From NCBI GenBank assembly GCA_947628235.1, contig CANQZC010000004.1:12314-76313 (forward strand): a stretch of 64,000 bases of DNA, in the 5' to 3' direction. The position numbers were made by a program, and so were the translations under genes. Positions 27,576-36,246 of the stretch are shown here, in pieces. Each line of letters opens with the position of its first letter. The stretch's first letter is position 1. The notes beneath the pieces were generated by a model. It was not told where the DNA came from and did not search any database. It was given only the letters and a program-made list of their open reading frames with translations. This DNA comes from an uncultured Bacilli bacterium (GTDB lineage: Bacteria > Bacillota_I > Bacilli_A > RF39 > UBA660).

Positions 27576-29783
27576 TTGAAATTAAAATTTCGTGCTGAGA
27601 CAAAGGATGTAGTTATCTTTTGCATCTTTTCTGCAGTTCTTTTCTTTCTTATTTGCTTAGCTGTATCGAATGTAGGAATTTTTATTGCGGAAAATGAATT
27701 TGTTGGTTTCAATATCATTCCTGCTTTAACAAGATATTTACCATTTACCTTGATGCTTTTTATTATTTCTATTATAGCTATGTTCTTAAGTGTTCAGTCT
27801 TGGTTTATTGAAAGAGAAGAAGGTATTGGTATTCAAATTGGTGCCAAAAAGGAAAAAAATTATTCTAGATGGGCCAAAGATAAAGAAATTCAAAATGGAC
27901 TAGATGTAGTAGCCGTTGATCCTCTAGCGCCTAAGACTGATGCTGCTGGTATACCATTAATTATGACACCTAAAAAAGTTTGGGTAGATAATGGTGGATA
28001 TCACAACCTAGTTATCGGTTCTACTGGTGCTGGTAAAACACAGACTACTGTACTTCCTATGGTAAATTTACTTGCAAAACATGATGAGTCTATGATTATT
28101 ACAGACCCTAAAGGTGAAATTTATGAATTAACTTCTAACTATTTAAAAAGTTTAGGATACAATATCGTTCTTTTGAACTTCCGTGATCCTCAGCAAGGAA
28201 ATAGTTGGAATCCAATGTATTTACCATATTCTTTATATAAACAGCATAAAATTGATAAATCTATCGAGTTATTGGAAGACTTAGCAGCCAATATCTTAAA
28301 GGACCCTTCTGCGAAGGGACAAGACCCATTCTGGGAAAATACATCAGCAGATTACTTTTCAGGATTGTCTTTTGCGCTTTTTGAAGATGGTGATGAGTCT
28401 CAAATTAACTTAAATAGTATTAACTTAATGACGACAGTAGGAGAAGAGAAACTAGCTAATACTACCTATATTAAAGAGTATTTTAGTTTTAAAGATCCTG
28501 CTAGTACAGCTTATATTAAAGCATCATCAACATTGATGGCACCAAATGAAACAAAAGGATCTATCCTTTCTGTATTTAAACAGAGAGTTCAATTATTCGC
28601 ATCTCGTACCAATTTATCTGAGATGCTTGCCAATAATGACTTTGATATGCGAGATATTGGTCGAAAAAAGACGGCTGTATTTATCGTTATTCAAGATGAA
28701 AAAACAACTTATCATACATTAGTTACGATTTTCTTGAAGCAATGCTATGAAACACTTATTTCTGTAGCGCAAGAAAGTGGAGGAAAACTTCCTCATAGAA
28801 CTAATTTTATTCTAGATGAGTTTGCTAACATGCCACCATTAAAAGATGTTACTACGATGGTTACAGCGGCTCGTTCTAGAAATATTCGTTTTACGTTTAT
28901 TATCCAGAACTTCTCTCAATTATATGAAGTATATGGAAAAGAAAATGGTGAAACAATTAAAGGTAACTGTGGTAACATCGTTTACTTAATTAGTACAGAG
29001 TTAAGTGCTTTGGAAGAGATTAGTAAAATGTGTGGAGAAGTAAAATCAAAAGAAAAAGAAAAGACTTCCTCTACGCCACTGGTTACTGTCAGTGATTTAC
29101 AAAGAATGGAACAATGGCAAACAATTATCCTTCGTATTCGAACGATGCCATTTAAGACTAAATTAACTCCTAACTTTAAGATGGATTGGGGACATAATTT
29201 CCCTAAAGCAGATTATCCACAAAGAGAGGAAATTCCTGTTCAAATCTTTGATTTAAAGGGATTTGTAGAGAAGAAAAGAGAAGAGAAAATTAATAATTTA
29301 TTAGGAAATTCCGGAACTCCTGGAGGAGGAGTTCCAACTCCAATTCCAACTCCTGGAATGCCAACTTCTCAGTTCCCACCTACGCCATTTGGAGCAGGAA
29401 CACCAAGCAACCCTTTCTCTTCTAGACCATTCCCACCAAAGGCTGGCATGACGAATGCTGCGGAAAAGAAACCTGCTGGTGGAGGAATTAATGTAGAAGA
29501 CTTAGTTAAGAGAATAGATGCGAAAATTGCTGAATTAGAAGAAGAAGAAAAGAGAGAAAAAGAGGCACAAGGTGGTGGAATTCCAAATCCAGAGATACCA
29601 AATCCAGAGATACCAAATCCAGAGATACCAAATCCGGAAATTTCAACACCTATGGAAACACAGCCACAAATGCCTGTTTCTTCTCCTGTCACGCCAACTA
29701 GAGAGCCAGAAAAACCTAAAGAGACAACTGCTCCAAAAGTTAGCGATGATGAATTCTTTGATGATTTCTTTGGAGATGATTAA
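27576..29783 (+). CDS. VirD4/TraG/TcpA-like type IV coupling protein with a Pro-rich repetitive C-terminal tail
   Basis: Two N-terminal TMs; Walker A LVIGSTGAGKTQT; Walker B region ILDEFANMP. The start is a TTG, 5 nt after TAGGTGA. Confidence 0.75.
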   Translation: MKLKFRAETKDVVIFCIFSAVLFFLICLAVSNVGIFIAENEFVGFNIIPALTRYLPFTLMLFIISIIAMFLSVQSWFIEREEGIGIQIGAKKEKNYSRWAKDKEIQNGLDVVAVDPLAPKTDAAGIPLIMTPKKVWVDNGGYHNLVIGSTGAGKTQTTVLPMVNLLAKHDESMIITDPKGEIYELTSNYLKSLGYNIVLLNFRDPQQGNSWNPMYLPYSLYKQHKIDKSIELLEDLAANILKDPSAKGQDPFWENTSADYFSGLSFALFEDGDESQINLNSINLMTTVGEEKLANTTYIKEYFSFKDPASTAYIKASSTLMAPNETKGSILSVFKQRVQLFASRTNLSEMLANNDFDMRDIGRKKTAVFIVIQDEKTTYHTLVTIFLKQCYETLISVAQESGGKLPHRTNFILDEFANMPPLKDVTTMVTAARSRNIRFTFIIQNFSQLYEVYGKENGETIKGNCGNIVYLISTELSALEEISKMCGEVKSKEKEKTSSTPLVTVSDLQRMEQWQTIILRIRTMPFKTKLTPNFKMDWGHNFPKADYPQREEIPVQIFDLKGFVEKKREEKINNLLGNSGTPGGGVPTPIPTPGMPTSQFPPTPFGAGTPSNPFSSRPFPPKAGMTNAAEKKPAGGGINVEDLVKRIDAKIAELEEEEKREKEAQGGGIPNPEIPNPEIPNPEIPNPEISTPMETQPQMPVSSPVTPTREPEKPKETTAPKVSDDEFFDDFFGDD
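29583..29642 (+). repeat. Four tandem 15-bp repeats, CCAAATCCAGAGATA, encoding (IPNPE)x4
   Basis: Three copies are identical and one has diverged. They lie in frame inside the VirD4-like tail. Confidence 0.8.
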
Positions 29784-29867
29784 AAGACCTTTCTTATGGA
29801 AGGTTTTTTTCATGAATGAAAGATTTGTGTGATATAATAAAAGTAGTATTAATAAGAGAGGGATGCT

Positions 29868-31007
29868 ATGCAATTTCATATGGATTCTGATAATTTCAAA
29901 AATGCTAAAATGAAAGTAGTAACAGGAAGTGAATCTTCCTCCCTATCAAACAATACTCTTTCTAATGTATCAACGACTGAAGTTTATGAAGAGTATGAGG
30001 AAGAAGAAAAACCTAAAGGATTTTTTTCTGGTTTGGTTTATGAACATTTTGGCGAAGAAATAGAAGAGGCAATTCAAATGATTCAAGAATTAGCGCCTCA
30101 AATTGGATTAAACACGGATCATTTAACAGATCAATTAATTTATGATCACATTATCTTTTTCGGTTCTTTAGCGCTTCAACTAAAAGGATTGGATGTCGAA
30201 AATCCAGACGAAGAGAAATTAGCGATTATTCTTTTTGATTTCCTTGCAAATTCAGGTATTTCTTATGAAGAACTAGAAGCAAATTTTACGAATATTACAG
30301 AAGTCATTCAAGAATATTTATCTCCTTTAGCAGAAAAAACTGGTTTAGAGATGAACTTAGATAGAGATCATATTAAAAATCTTTATGATGCATTTTCTAA
30401 GAAGGAAGAGAAGAGGGGAGAAGCAGTTACAGAAGCTATTTTAGATATTTGTCCTGACTTAGCAGATAGCATTTCTGCCAAACTTAGAGAAAATAATATT
30501 TATGTAACTTCTGACTTAATAAAAAAATCTTTACCACCAATTTTTAAAGATGCTTCCTCTTCTATTACTGAAATTAAAAATATTATAGGATTATTTCAAG
30601 GAAATATTTTAGATATGTTGAAAGCGATAGGAAAACTAACTGACTTTTTAGACCTAGGAATAACAGATGTTGGGGTTACGATAGGTGGAACCTTGATGCT
30701 TTTTGGAGGAGATTTACTAGACGATACTTGGACGAGTATACAAGCATGGGGAAATAAAACCATAAATGATGTTAAAAATTTTGGTGCAGAAGTTTTAGAC
30801 TGGGGCGAGCAAGCTATTCAGGATGTTAAAGAATGGGGAGAACAGGCTATTCAAGATGTCAAAGACTGGGGCGAGCAAGCCATTGAAGATGTTAAGGATT
30901 GGGGAGAGCAGACTATAGAAGATGTCACAGTTTGGGGAGTGGAAGCTTGGGAAGATGTAGAAGACTTTTTTTCTGATGCCGGAGACTTTCTTTGCTTTTG
31001 GAATTAA
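29868..31007 (+). CDS. Acidic protein with a C-terminal 11-aa tandem repeat (WGEQAIQDVKD-like) x5; unknown function
   Basis: The ORF is preceded by TGTGATATAAT. Repeat units at 30821..30985 differ at synonymous positions. Confidence 0.45.
   Translation: MQFHMDSDNFKNAKMKVVTGSESSSLSNNTLSNVSTTEVYEEYEEEEKPKGFFSGLVYEHFGEEIEEAIQMIQELAPQIGLNTDHLTDQLIYDHIIFFGSLALQLKGLDVENPDEEKLAIILFDFLANSGISYEELEANFTNITEVIQEYLSPLAEKTGLEMNLDRDHIKNLYDAFSKKEEKRGEAVTEAILDICPDLADSISAKLRENNIYVTSDLIKKSLPPIFKDASSSITEIKNIIGLFQGNILDMLKAIGKLTDFLDLGITDVGVTIGGTLMLFGGDLLDDTWTSIQAWGNKTINDVKNFGAEVLDWGEQAIQDVKEWGEQAIQDVKDWGEQAIEDVKDWGEQTIEDVTVWGVEAWEDVEDFFSDAGDFLCFWN
30821..30985 (+). repeat. Five tandem 33-bp in-frame repeats
   Basis: TGGGGCGAGCAAGCTATTCAGGATGTTAAAGAA recurs with silent substitutions. 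The last unit is degenerate. Confidence 0.7.
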
Positions 31008-31023
31008 GAGGAGGAAAATATAA

Positions 31024-31299
31024 ATGAAAGAAAAATATTTACCATTAGGAACGATAGTATTGCTTAAAGGCGCAAATAAAAGATTAATGATAACAGGATT
31101 TGAAATTGTGAAGTCAAAAGATAAAAAAAGATATGATTATTGTGGATGTTCTTTTCCTGAAGGTCTGATTGATAGTAAAAGCATGTTTGCCTTTAACCAT
31201 GATCAAATTGAAAAAATTTATTATATGGGATATCAAGATGAAGAACAGAAAAAATTTGAAGAATATATTAAAAATAAAGCAAAAAAAGTACAAGAATAG
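31024..31299 (+). CDS. Small cytoplasmic protein, DUF4176-like
   Basis: A PLGTIVLLKG N-terminal motif was recognised from memory of that family. This call is weak. Confidence 0.3.
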   Translation: MKEKYLPLGTIVLLKGANKRLMITGFEIVKSKDKKRYDYCGCSFPEGLIDSKSMFAFNHDQIEKIYYMGYQDEEQKKFEEYIKNKAKKVQE

Positions 31300-31308
31300 G
31301 AGGATAAT

Positions 31309-32391
31309 ATGGAATATATTATTATTGGACTACTATGTGTCATTCTCATTCTTTTAGTCATTTTACTGGTGAGACCAAATCATGATGATTCAACCTTGGA
31401 ACGAATTAGTAAAATGGAAACAGAAATGATTAAGGAAATTGGAGATTTTAAAACGGATTTTACTAGAGATATTAGAGATGATTTTGAAAAGACTAACGAT
31501 AGAATCGATCATCGTTTACAATTAATTAGTGAAAGAGTAAATGAACGATTAGATGAAAACTTTGAAAAGACCAATAAAACATTTACTTCTGTGTTAGAGA
31601 GACTTTCTAAAATTGATGAAGCACAAAAGAAAATTGATAATTTATCTACAGATATTGTTTCTCTTCAAGGAATATTAACAGATAAGAAAACAAGAGGAAT
31701 TTTTGGAGAAGTAAATCTAGAACATATTATGAGTAATGTATTTGGCGCTAATAATACGAAGATTTTTGAGATGCAACATTCTTTTGAAAATGGAACGATT
31801 GCCGATTGCGTTTTATTTGCGCCAGAACCATTAGGAGTAATCGCTATTGATTCCAAATTCCCATTAGAAAATTACCAAGCAATGGTAAATAAAAAAAATA
31901 GTACTGATGTGAGAGCAAATGCTGAAAAATTGTTTAAATCAGATATGAAGAAGCATATTGATGCCATTAGTAGTAAGTATATTATTCCAGGAGTAACGAG
32001 TGATCAAGCTATTTTATTTTTACCAGCAGAGGCTATCTTTGCAGAAGTAAATGCTTACCACACAGAATTGTTAGAATACGCTTACAAGAAAAGGGTATGG
32101 ATTACTTCTCCTACAACATTAATTAGTACTTTAACAACGATTCAAATCATTATGAAAAATATCGAAAGAGATAAGTATGCACAAGTGATTCATAAAGAAT
32201 TACAATTATTAGATAGTGAGTTTTCCAGATATCGGGAAAGATGGGATAAACTTTATCGTAGTATTGAAACTGTTAGTAAGGATGTTAAAGATATTCATAC
32301 CACAACGGATAAAATTACCAAAAGATTTAATAGTATTAATCAAGTAGAAATGGGGAAAACGATAGATGAAGAAAATACTCTCGATTCTTAA
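31309..32391 (+). CDS. rmuC: DNA recombination protein RmuC
   Basis: An N-terminal TM and coiled-coil-like segments are followed by a conserved C-terminal RmuC-type region (ADCVLFAPEPLGVIAIDSKFPLENYQ). Confidence 0.65.
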   Translation: MEYIIIGLLCVILILLVILLVRPNHDDSTLERISKMETEMIKEIGDFKTDFTRDIRDDFEKTNDRIDHRLQLISERVNERLDENFEKTNKTFTSVLERLSKIDEAQKKIDNLSTDIVSLQGILTDKKTRGIFGEVNLEHIMSNVFGANNTKIFEMQHSFENGTIADCVLFAPEPLGVIAIDSKFPLENYQAMVNKKNSTDVRANAEKLFKSDMKKHIDAISSKYIIPGVTSDQAILFLPAEAIFAEVNAYHTELLEYAYKKRVWITSPTTLISTLTTIQIIMKNIERDKYAQVIHKELQLLDSEFSRYRERWDKLYRSIETVSKDVKDIHTTTDKITKRFNSINQVEMGKTIDEENTLDS

Positions 32392-32974
32392 TTATATAAT
32401 GATTGGAATTGCTTTTTTTGGTAGTTTTTATTATGTAATAACAAGGGATAGAGAGATTGGTTTAATTTTAAAAGATGCTTCTATTCTATTTACGATAACC
32501 GCTCCTTATTGGATAGAAAAATTATTTCATAAAAAGATTTCAATCGTTATCAAGTTTGTTTGTGTATTATTTGTTTTTAGCGCACATTTCTTAGGAACAG
32601 CAGTAGAGCTTTATAACCATATTTCATATTTTGATAAAGTTATTCATACCATTTCTGGAGCATTAACAGCACTATTTGCGATGCTTCTTTTAAATGTTAT
32701 GGGGATGTATCATAAGAAGAATCTTTTCTTTAATATTCTATTTATGCTTTCCTTGACTCTTTTAGTAGCTGGTGGTTGGGAAATGTTTGAGTATGTAGCA
32801 AATATCTTTTTTGGTGGAGATGCCCAAAGAGTAGCTTTAACGGGAGTAAATGATACCATGCAGGATATTATTGTTGCAACTTTAGGTTCTATTGTGATTT
32901 GTATTTGTTATGTTTTAGAGGAGAAGAAAGATAGAGATTGGTTAGTAAAAGGATTTATGAATGGAATAAAATAG
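32366..32974 (+). CDS. Polytopic small membrane protein (YjdF/DUF2238-like?)
   Basis: Four or five TM helices. The family assignment is weak. Confidence 0.3.
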   Translation: MKKILSILNYIMIGIAFFGSFYYVITRDREIGLILKDASILFTITAPYWIEKLFHKKISIVIKFVCVLFVFSAHFLGTAVELYNHISYFDKVIHTISGALTALFAMLLLNVMGMYHKKNLFFNILFMLSLTLLVAGGWEMFEYVANIFFGGDAQRVALTGVNDTMQDIIVATLGSIVICICYVLEEKKDRDWLVKGFMNGIK

Positions 32975-33033
32975 TGGAAATTTAATTCTTATTTTGCTAT
33001 AATAAAGTTGTAATAATACACGAGGAGGAAAGT

Positions 33034-33540
33034 ATGGAAATAATTAAGGAAAATAAGAAGATGATTATTTTTTTAGTAGTAATCCTTATATTGATTATAG
33101 GAATACTAGTGCTTAGTTTATTTGAAAAATCTGATAGTAGTAATTTGATGGTAAATTGTAGTAGAACTGTTCATTCAAAAACATCAGAAATTACACAGAG
33201 TATAGAAATATATGATTATATTTCTTATAAAACGATGATTCTAAAAATTGTTGTAGGAATAGATCAAGATGTAAATCAGAATATGTTAGAAAATTATCTA
33301 GCGATTATTGAATTTCAAACAAAACAAAAAATACAGTCAGCGGCTGGCGGAGAAATTCCTAAAGATGTGGTAGTTAGTTCAAAAATTGAAGGAAACAAGG
33401 CTATTATTTCTATTGAAAACAAACTTACCGAAGAGAATGCGGTAGAGATGTACCAATTATATGATACGAATTTTTATGAGATGACAAAAGAAGAGATGAA
33501 AAATTATTTTATTGAGGATGGTTTAACATGCGAAAGTTAG
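33034..33540 (+). CDS. Membrane-anchored hypothetical protein
   Basis: An N-terminal TM is followed by a hydrophilic domain. A TGcTATAAT extended -10 lies at 32995..33003. Confidence 0.4.
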   Translation: MEIIKENKKMIIFLVVILILIIGILVLSLFEKSDSSNLMVNCSRTVHSKTSEITQSIEIYDYISYKTMILKIVVGIDQDVNQNMLENYLAIIEFQTKQKIQSAAGGEIPKDVVVSSKIEGNKAIISIENKLTEENAVEMYQLYDTNFYEMTKEEMKNYFIEDGLTCES

Positions 33541-34823
33541 TTGAAAAAAGTTTATTTTTCTTATTAGCATTTGTAATATGCTTTGAAACAGTTTTAGCAG
33601 CACCAGTTTCTTGTGAATATCCACAATTAGATATGACTTTAACATATTATGATGGTCAAGATAAGCCATCAATCAGTTATTCTAATTGGGCACAGTCTGA
33701 TTGGTATGTTAATTTATTAGCTGTAAAACTTGGACAGCATAAATATGCCGAAGATGAAGTTCGTATTGATCAAAACTTATACAGACAATTCCAAGGAGAT
33801 ACTTGTCCTGATAAAATGTATGTTTGTGAATATACAGAGTGGAGTGCTCAATTACCAAGCTTACTTAGTTTAGGACAAGATATCGCCGGTGTTTTAGCGC
33901 TTATTCCGGCTCTTTTTGGGGCTGATACACTTGGATTTTCTGATGAAATGCTAGAAGAAGGTTGGTCTCTTTTTACACTAGGAAAATCTGAATTATATGT
34001 TATGAATTATGAATCTTATGAAAACCATGAATATCGTATCTACGAAGGTGGTCTTGTATCAGATGATTTAGATATGGCTTATATGGAAGGATATGAAGGC
34101 TGTAATGGTGATGGCGGAGGACTTTGGTGGCTGCTAGGAGGAGTTTGTGGTATTCTGTGGTCTGCTATCGATGGAGTTATTGGAGAAACAATAATTGGTG
34201 ATGGAATCGATGTTCTATTTTATAAAAATTTTACTTGTAAAAAAGCGAATTATCAAGGGGAAAATTCTACTGTAGATGTTAACTGCTCTTTTTTGACAAC
34301 AAAAACCCATGAGTATCAAACTTATGTGAGTGAGTATAGCAGTTGCGGAGATGATTCTTGTAGAGCAAATGCGGTTAGTAAGTTAAATAGAAAACAATCA
34401 GAACTTGAAGCTTTGTGCAAAAAAGTTCTTCGAAATTACGAATATAATGAAACTCAAACTGAATGTATTAATAATTGCATTTCTTTGCGTAAGACATTAA
34501 ATAAATATAAAGAAGGAACCGATTTGCATATGGATTTTGAAGATACAGATTCAAATAGTTGCCGATTCTCCGATAGAATGGCAGCATGGTTAATGCGAAT
34601 TGTATCTTGGGTAAGATATATTGTACCTGCTATTATTATCATTTTAACGATTTTAGATTTTATTAAGGCAATTGCTGCTGATAGTGAAGATGAGATTAAA
34701 AAGGTCAGTGGTAGATTTGTAAAACGACTAATTGTCGCAGTCATTATTTTCTTACTTCCACTTATTCTAGAATTTTTACTTGGAATATTTGATATATCAA
34801 CCAATAATTATTGCTTAAAATAG
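33528..34823 (+). CDS. Large secreted Cys-rich protein P6: unique ectodomain fused to a C-terminal hairpin-family (pilin-like) domain
   Basis: Signal peptide ending VLA. The C-terminal 80 aa (WLMRIVSWVRYIVPAIIIILTILDFIKAIAADSEDEIKK...RLIVAVIIFLLP...NNYCLK) match the small hairpin proteins. Confidence 0.6.
   Translation: MRKLVEKSLFFLLAFVICFETVLAAPVSCEYPQLDMTLTYYDGQDKPSISYSNWAQSDWYVNLLAVKLGQHKYAEDEVRIDQNLYRQFQGDTCPDKMYVCEYTEWSAQLPSLLSLGQDIAGVLALIPALFGADTLGFSDEMLEEGWSLFTLGKSELYVMNYESYENHEYRIYEGGLVSDDLDMAYMEGYEGCNGDGGGLWWLLGGVCGILWSAIDGVIGETIIGDGIDVLFYKNFTCKKANYQGENSTVDVNCSFLTTKTHEYQTYVSEYSSCGDDSCRANAVSKLNRKQSELEALCKKVLRNYEYNETQTECINNCISLRKTLNKYKEGTDLHMDFEDTDSNSCRFSDRMAAWLMRIVSWVRYIVPAIIIILTILDFIKAIAADSEDEIKKVSGRFVKRLIVAVIIFLLPLILEFLLGIFDISTNNYCLK
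34596..34823 (+). repeat. Near-identical dispersed repeat: the 3-prime ends of P6 and P7 (second copy at 35962..36189)
   Basis: Aligned by eye, the two copies are about 90 percent identical over about 225 bp. Confidence 0.7.
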
Positions 34824-34848
34824 ATAGACATCTCTATCTATTTTTTTT
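34820..34848 (+). terminator. Rho-independent terminator: TAGATAGA, loop CATC, TCTATCTA, T8
   Basis: A perfect 8-bp stem that includes the P6 stop codon, followed by a T-run. Confidence 0.6.
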
Positions 34849-34878
34849 AAATATGATATAATTATGTTAGGTGATGTT

Positions 34879-36189
34879 ATGAAACAAACTCGGATTTATC
34901 TGCTTTTTATTTGCTTTTGCCTCTTTTTTGGGGGGAAAAATGTATTGGCAAAAGAGGTTTCAAAAACTTGTAAGTATACTTATGTAAATGAATTGACAGA
35001 AAATGGTAATACGGATACAGTTGCTGCTAACCGAGGAGGAACTATCACTTTAAGTGTATATACAGATGGTTCCCAAGATGGGCAAGGAAAAAGTAATGGT
35101 ACTTTTTTAGCTGAAAATTTTGGTGGGCATGAAGAAATTTTAAACTGGGGAAAATCAGATAATGATGCTCCTGATATCAAAGGAACTTCTTGCCCAGATT
35201 ATATTGGTGTTATTGTTCAAGGCCTTGGAGATCGTAAGTGGTATGGATTTACCTCTAGTGGTTTATCTAGTTATGGACCTAAAGTTGCTTCTCATGATAA
35301 CAGTAATTCTATGGCAGTTTTAAAAAATGATAGTTTGGAAGATCCAACATATACTTGCTATTATCCTGATGAAAATAATTCTTATTATAGTATTACAGTT
35401 GATACTAATCAAAAGACTTTGACAGCCAAGTCTACTTTAGCAAGTTTAAATATTTTTTACTCAGTAAGTGATCAATTACAAGAGAGTTGGTTCTCTGAGG
35501 AACGAGGAACAGATAAGTGCTTACCTACTGTTGCTTGTTCGACAGATTCATTAACTATTAGTTATTCTTATATTTTTAATGACTCTATGGAAGCAGCTGC
35601 TGCCGGATATAAAAATTGTGAATTACAAAAATGCTCTGGTGATGATTGTGATGAAACGAAAGAGTATTCATGCATTACATATACGAAGTATTTAAATGAT
35701 ATAGATTCTTTATATTCACAAATAAAAAGCGCAACTGGAGATACAGCTAATTTGTATAAACAAGTTCATGATAAAGAAGAAACATTGGCAACCTTATGTC
35801 AAAGTGTCATGGCTAATTATACTTATGCAGAAAACTGTGTAAAAGCTTGTTTACAAATGGAAAAAGATATAAATTCTAGAAAAGAAAAATATGGAATTGA
35901 TGTAATCACGAATCCTACTAATAGTTGCAGCATTTCTGTAAGATTAGCAACATGGTTAATGAGAATTATATCTTGGGTAAGATATATCGTACCTGCTATT
36001 ATTATTATCTTAACAATTCTAGATTTTATTAAAGCTATTGCTGCCGATAGTGAAGATGAAATGAAAAAAGCCAGTGGAAAGTTTGTAAAACGACTAATTG
36101 TTGCAGTCATTATTTTCTTACTTCCACTTATTCTAGAATTCTTACTTGGAATATTTGATATATCAACCAATAATTATTGTTTAAAATAG
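34879..36189 (+). CDS. Large secreted Cys-rich protein P7: a different ectodomain fused to the same C-terminal hairpin domain
   Basis: The ATG at 34879 lies 5 nt after AGGTGA. It has a signal peptide ending VLA. The last 225 or so nt are about 90 percent identical to the 3-prime end of P6. Confidence 0.6.
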   Translation: MKQTRIYLLFICFCLFFGGKNVLAKEVSKTCKYTYVNELTENGNTDTVAANRGGTITLSVYTDGSQDGQGKSNGTFLAENFGGHEEILNWGKSDNDAPDIKGTSCPDYIGVIVQGLGDRKWYGFTSSGLSSYGPKVASHDNSNSMAVLKNDSLEDPTYTCYYPDENNSYYSITVDTNQKTLTAKSTLASLNIFYSVSDQLQESWFSEERGTDKCLPTVACSTDSLTISYSYIFNDSMEAAAAGYKNCELQKCSGDDCDETKEYSCITYTKYLNDIDSLYSQIKSATGDTANLYKQVHDKEETLATLCQSVMANYTYAENCVKACLQMEKDINSRKEKYGIDVITNPTNSCSISVRLATWLMRIISWVRYIVPAIIIILTILDFIKAIAADSEDEMKKASGKFVKRLIVAVIIFLLPLILEFLLGIFDISTNNYCLK

Positions 36190-36214
36190 ATAGGAAACCC
36201 TATCTATTTTTTTC
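36186..36214 (+). terminator. Rho-independent terminator: ATAGATAGG, loop, CCTATCTAT, T-run
   Basis: A perfect 9-bp stem followed by TTTTTTTC. Confidence 0.6.
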
Positions 36215-36246
36215 TGTTTTATAGTATAATAGAATTGGTGAATAGT

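Noticed and set aside
29583-29642. Possible CRISPR array (short tandem repeats)
   Set aside because: The repeats are contiguous 15-bp units with no spacers, they are in frame within a CDS, and there are no cas genes.
29369-29879. Overlapping ORFs in both orientations across the VirD4 tail repeats
   Set aside because: They are artefacts of the in-frame 15-bp tandem repeats, whose repetitive codons read open in several frames. The VirD4 frame is continuous.
31169-31357. 62-aa ORF rich in K/N/I
   Set aside because: It is an alternative frame overlapping the 3-prime end of the ORF at 31024 and the start of rmuC. It is low complexity.
1939-36215. Interpretation as a prophage or canonical ICE
   Set aside because: No capsid, terminase, portal, tail, integrase, recombinase, relaxase or tRNA was recognisable. 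The composition is pilus, secretion and surface proteins.
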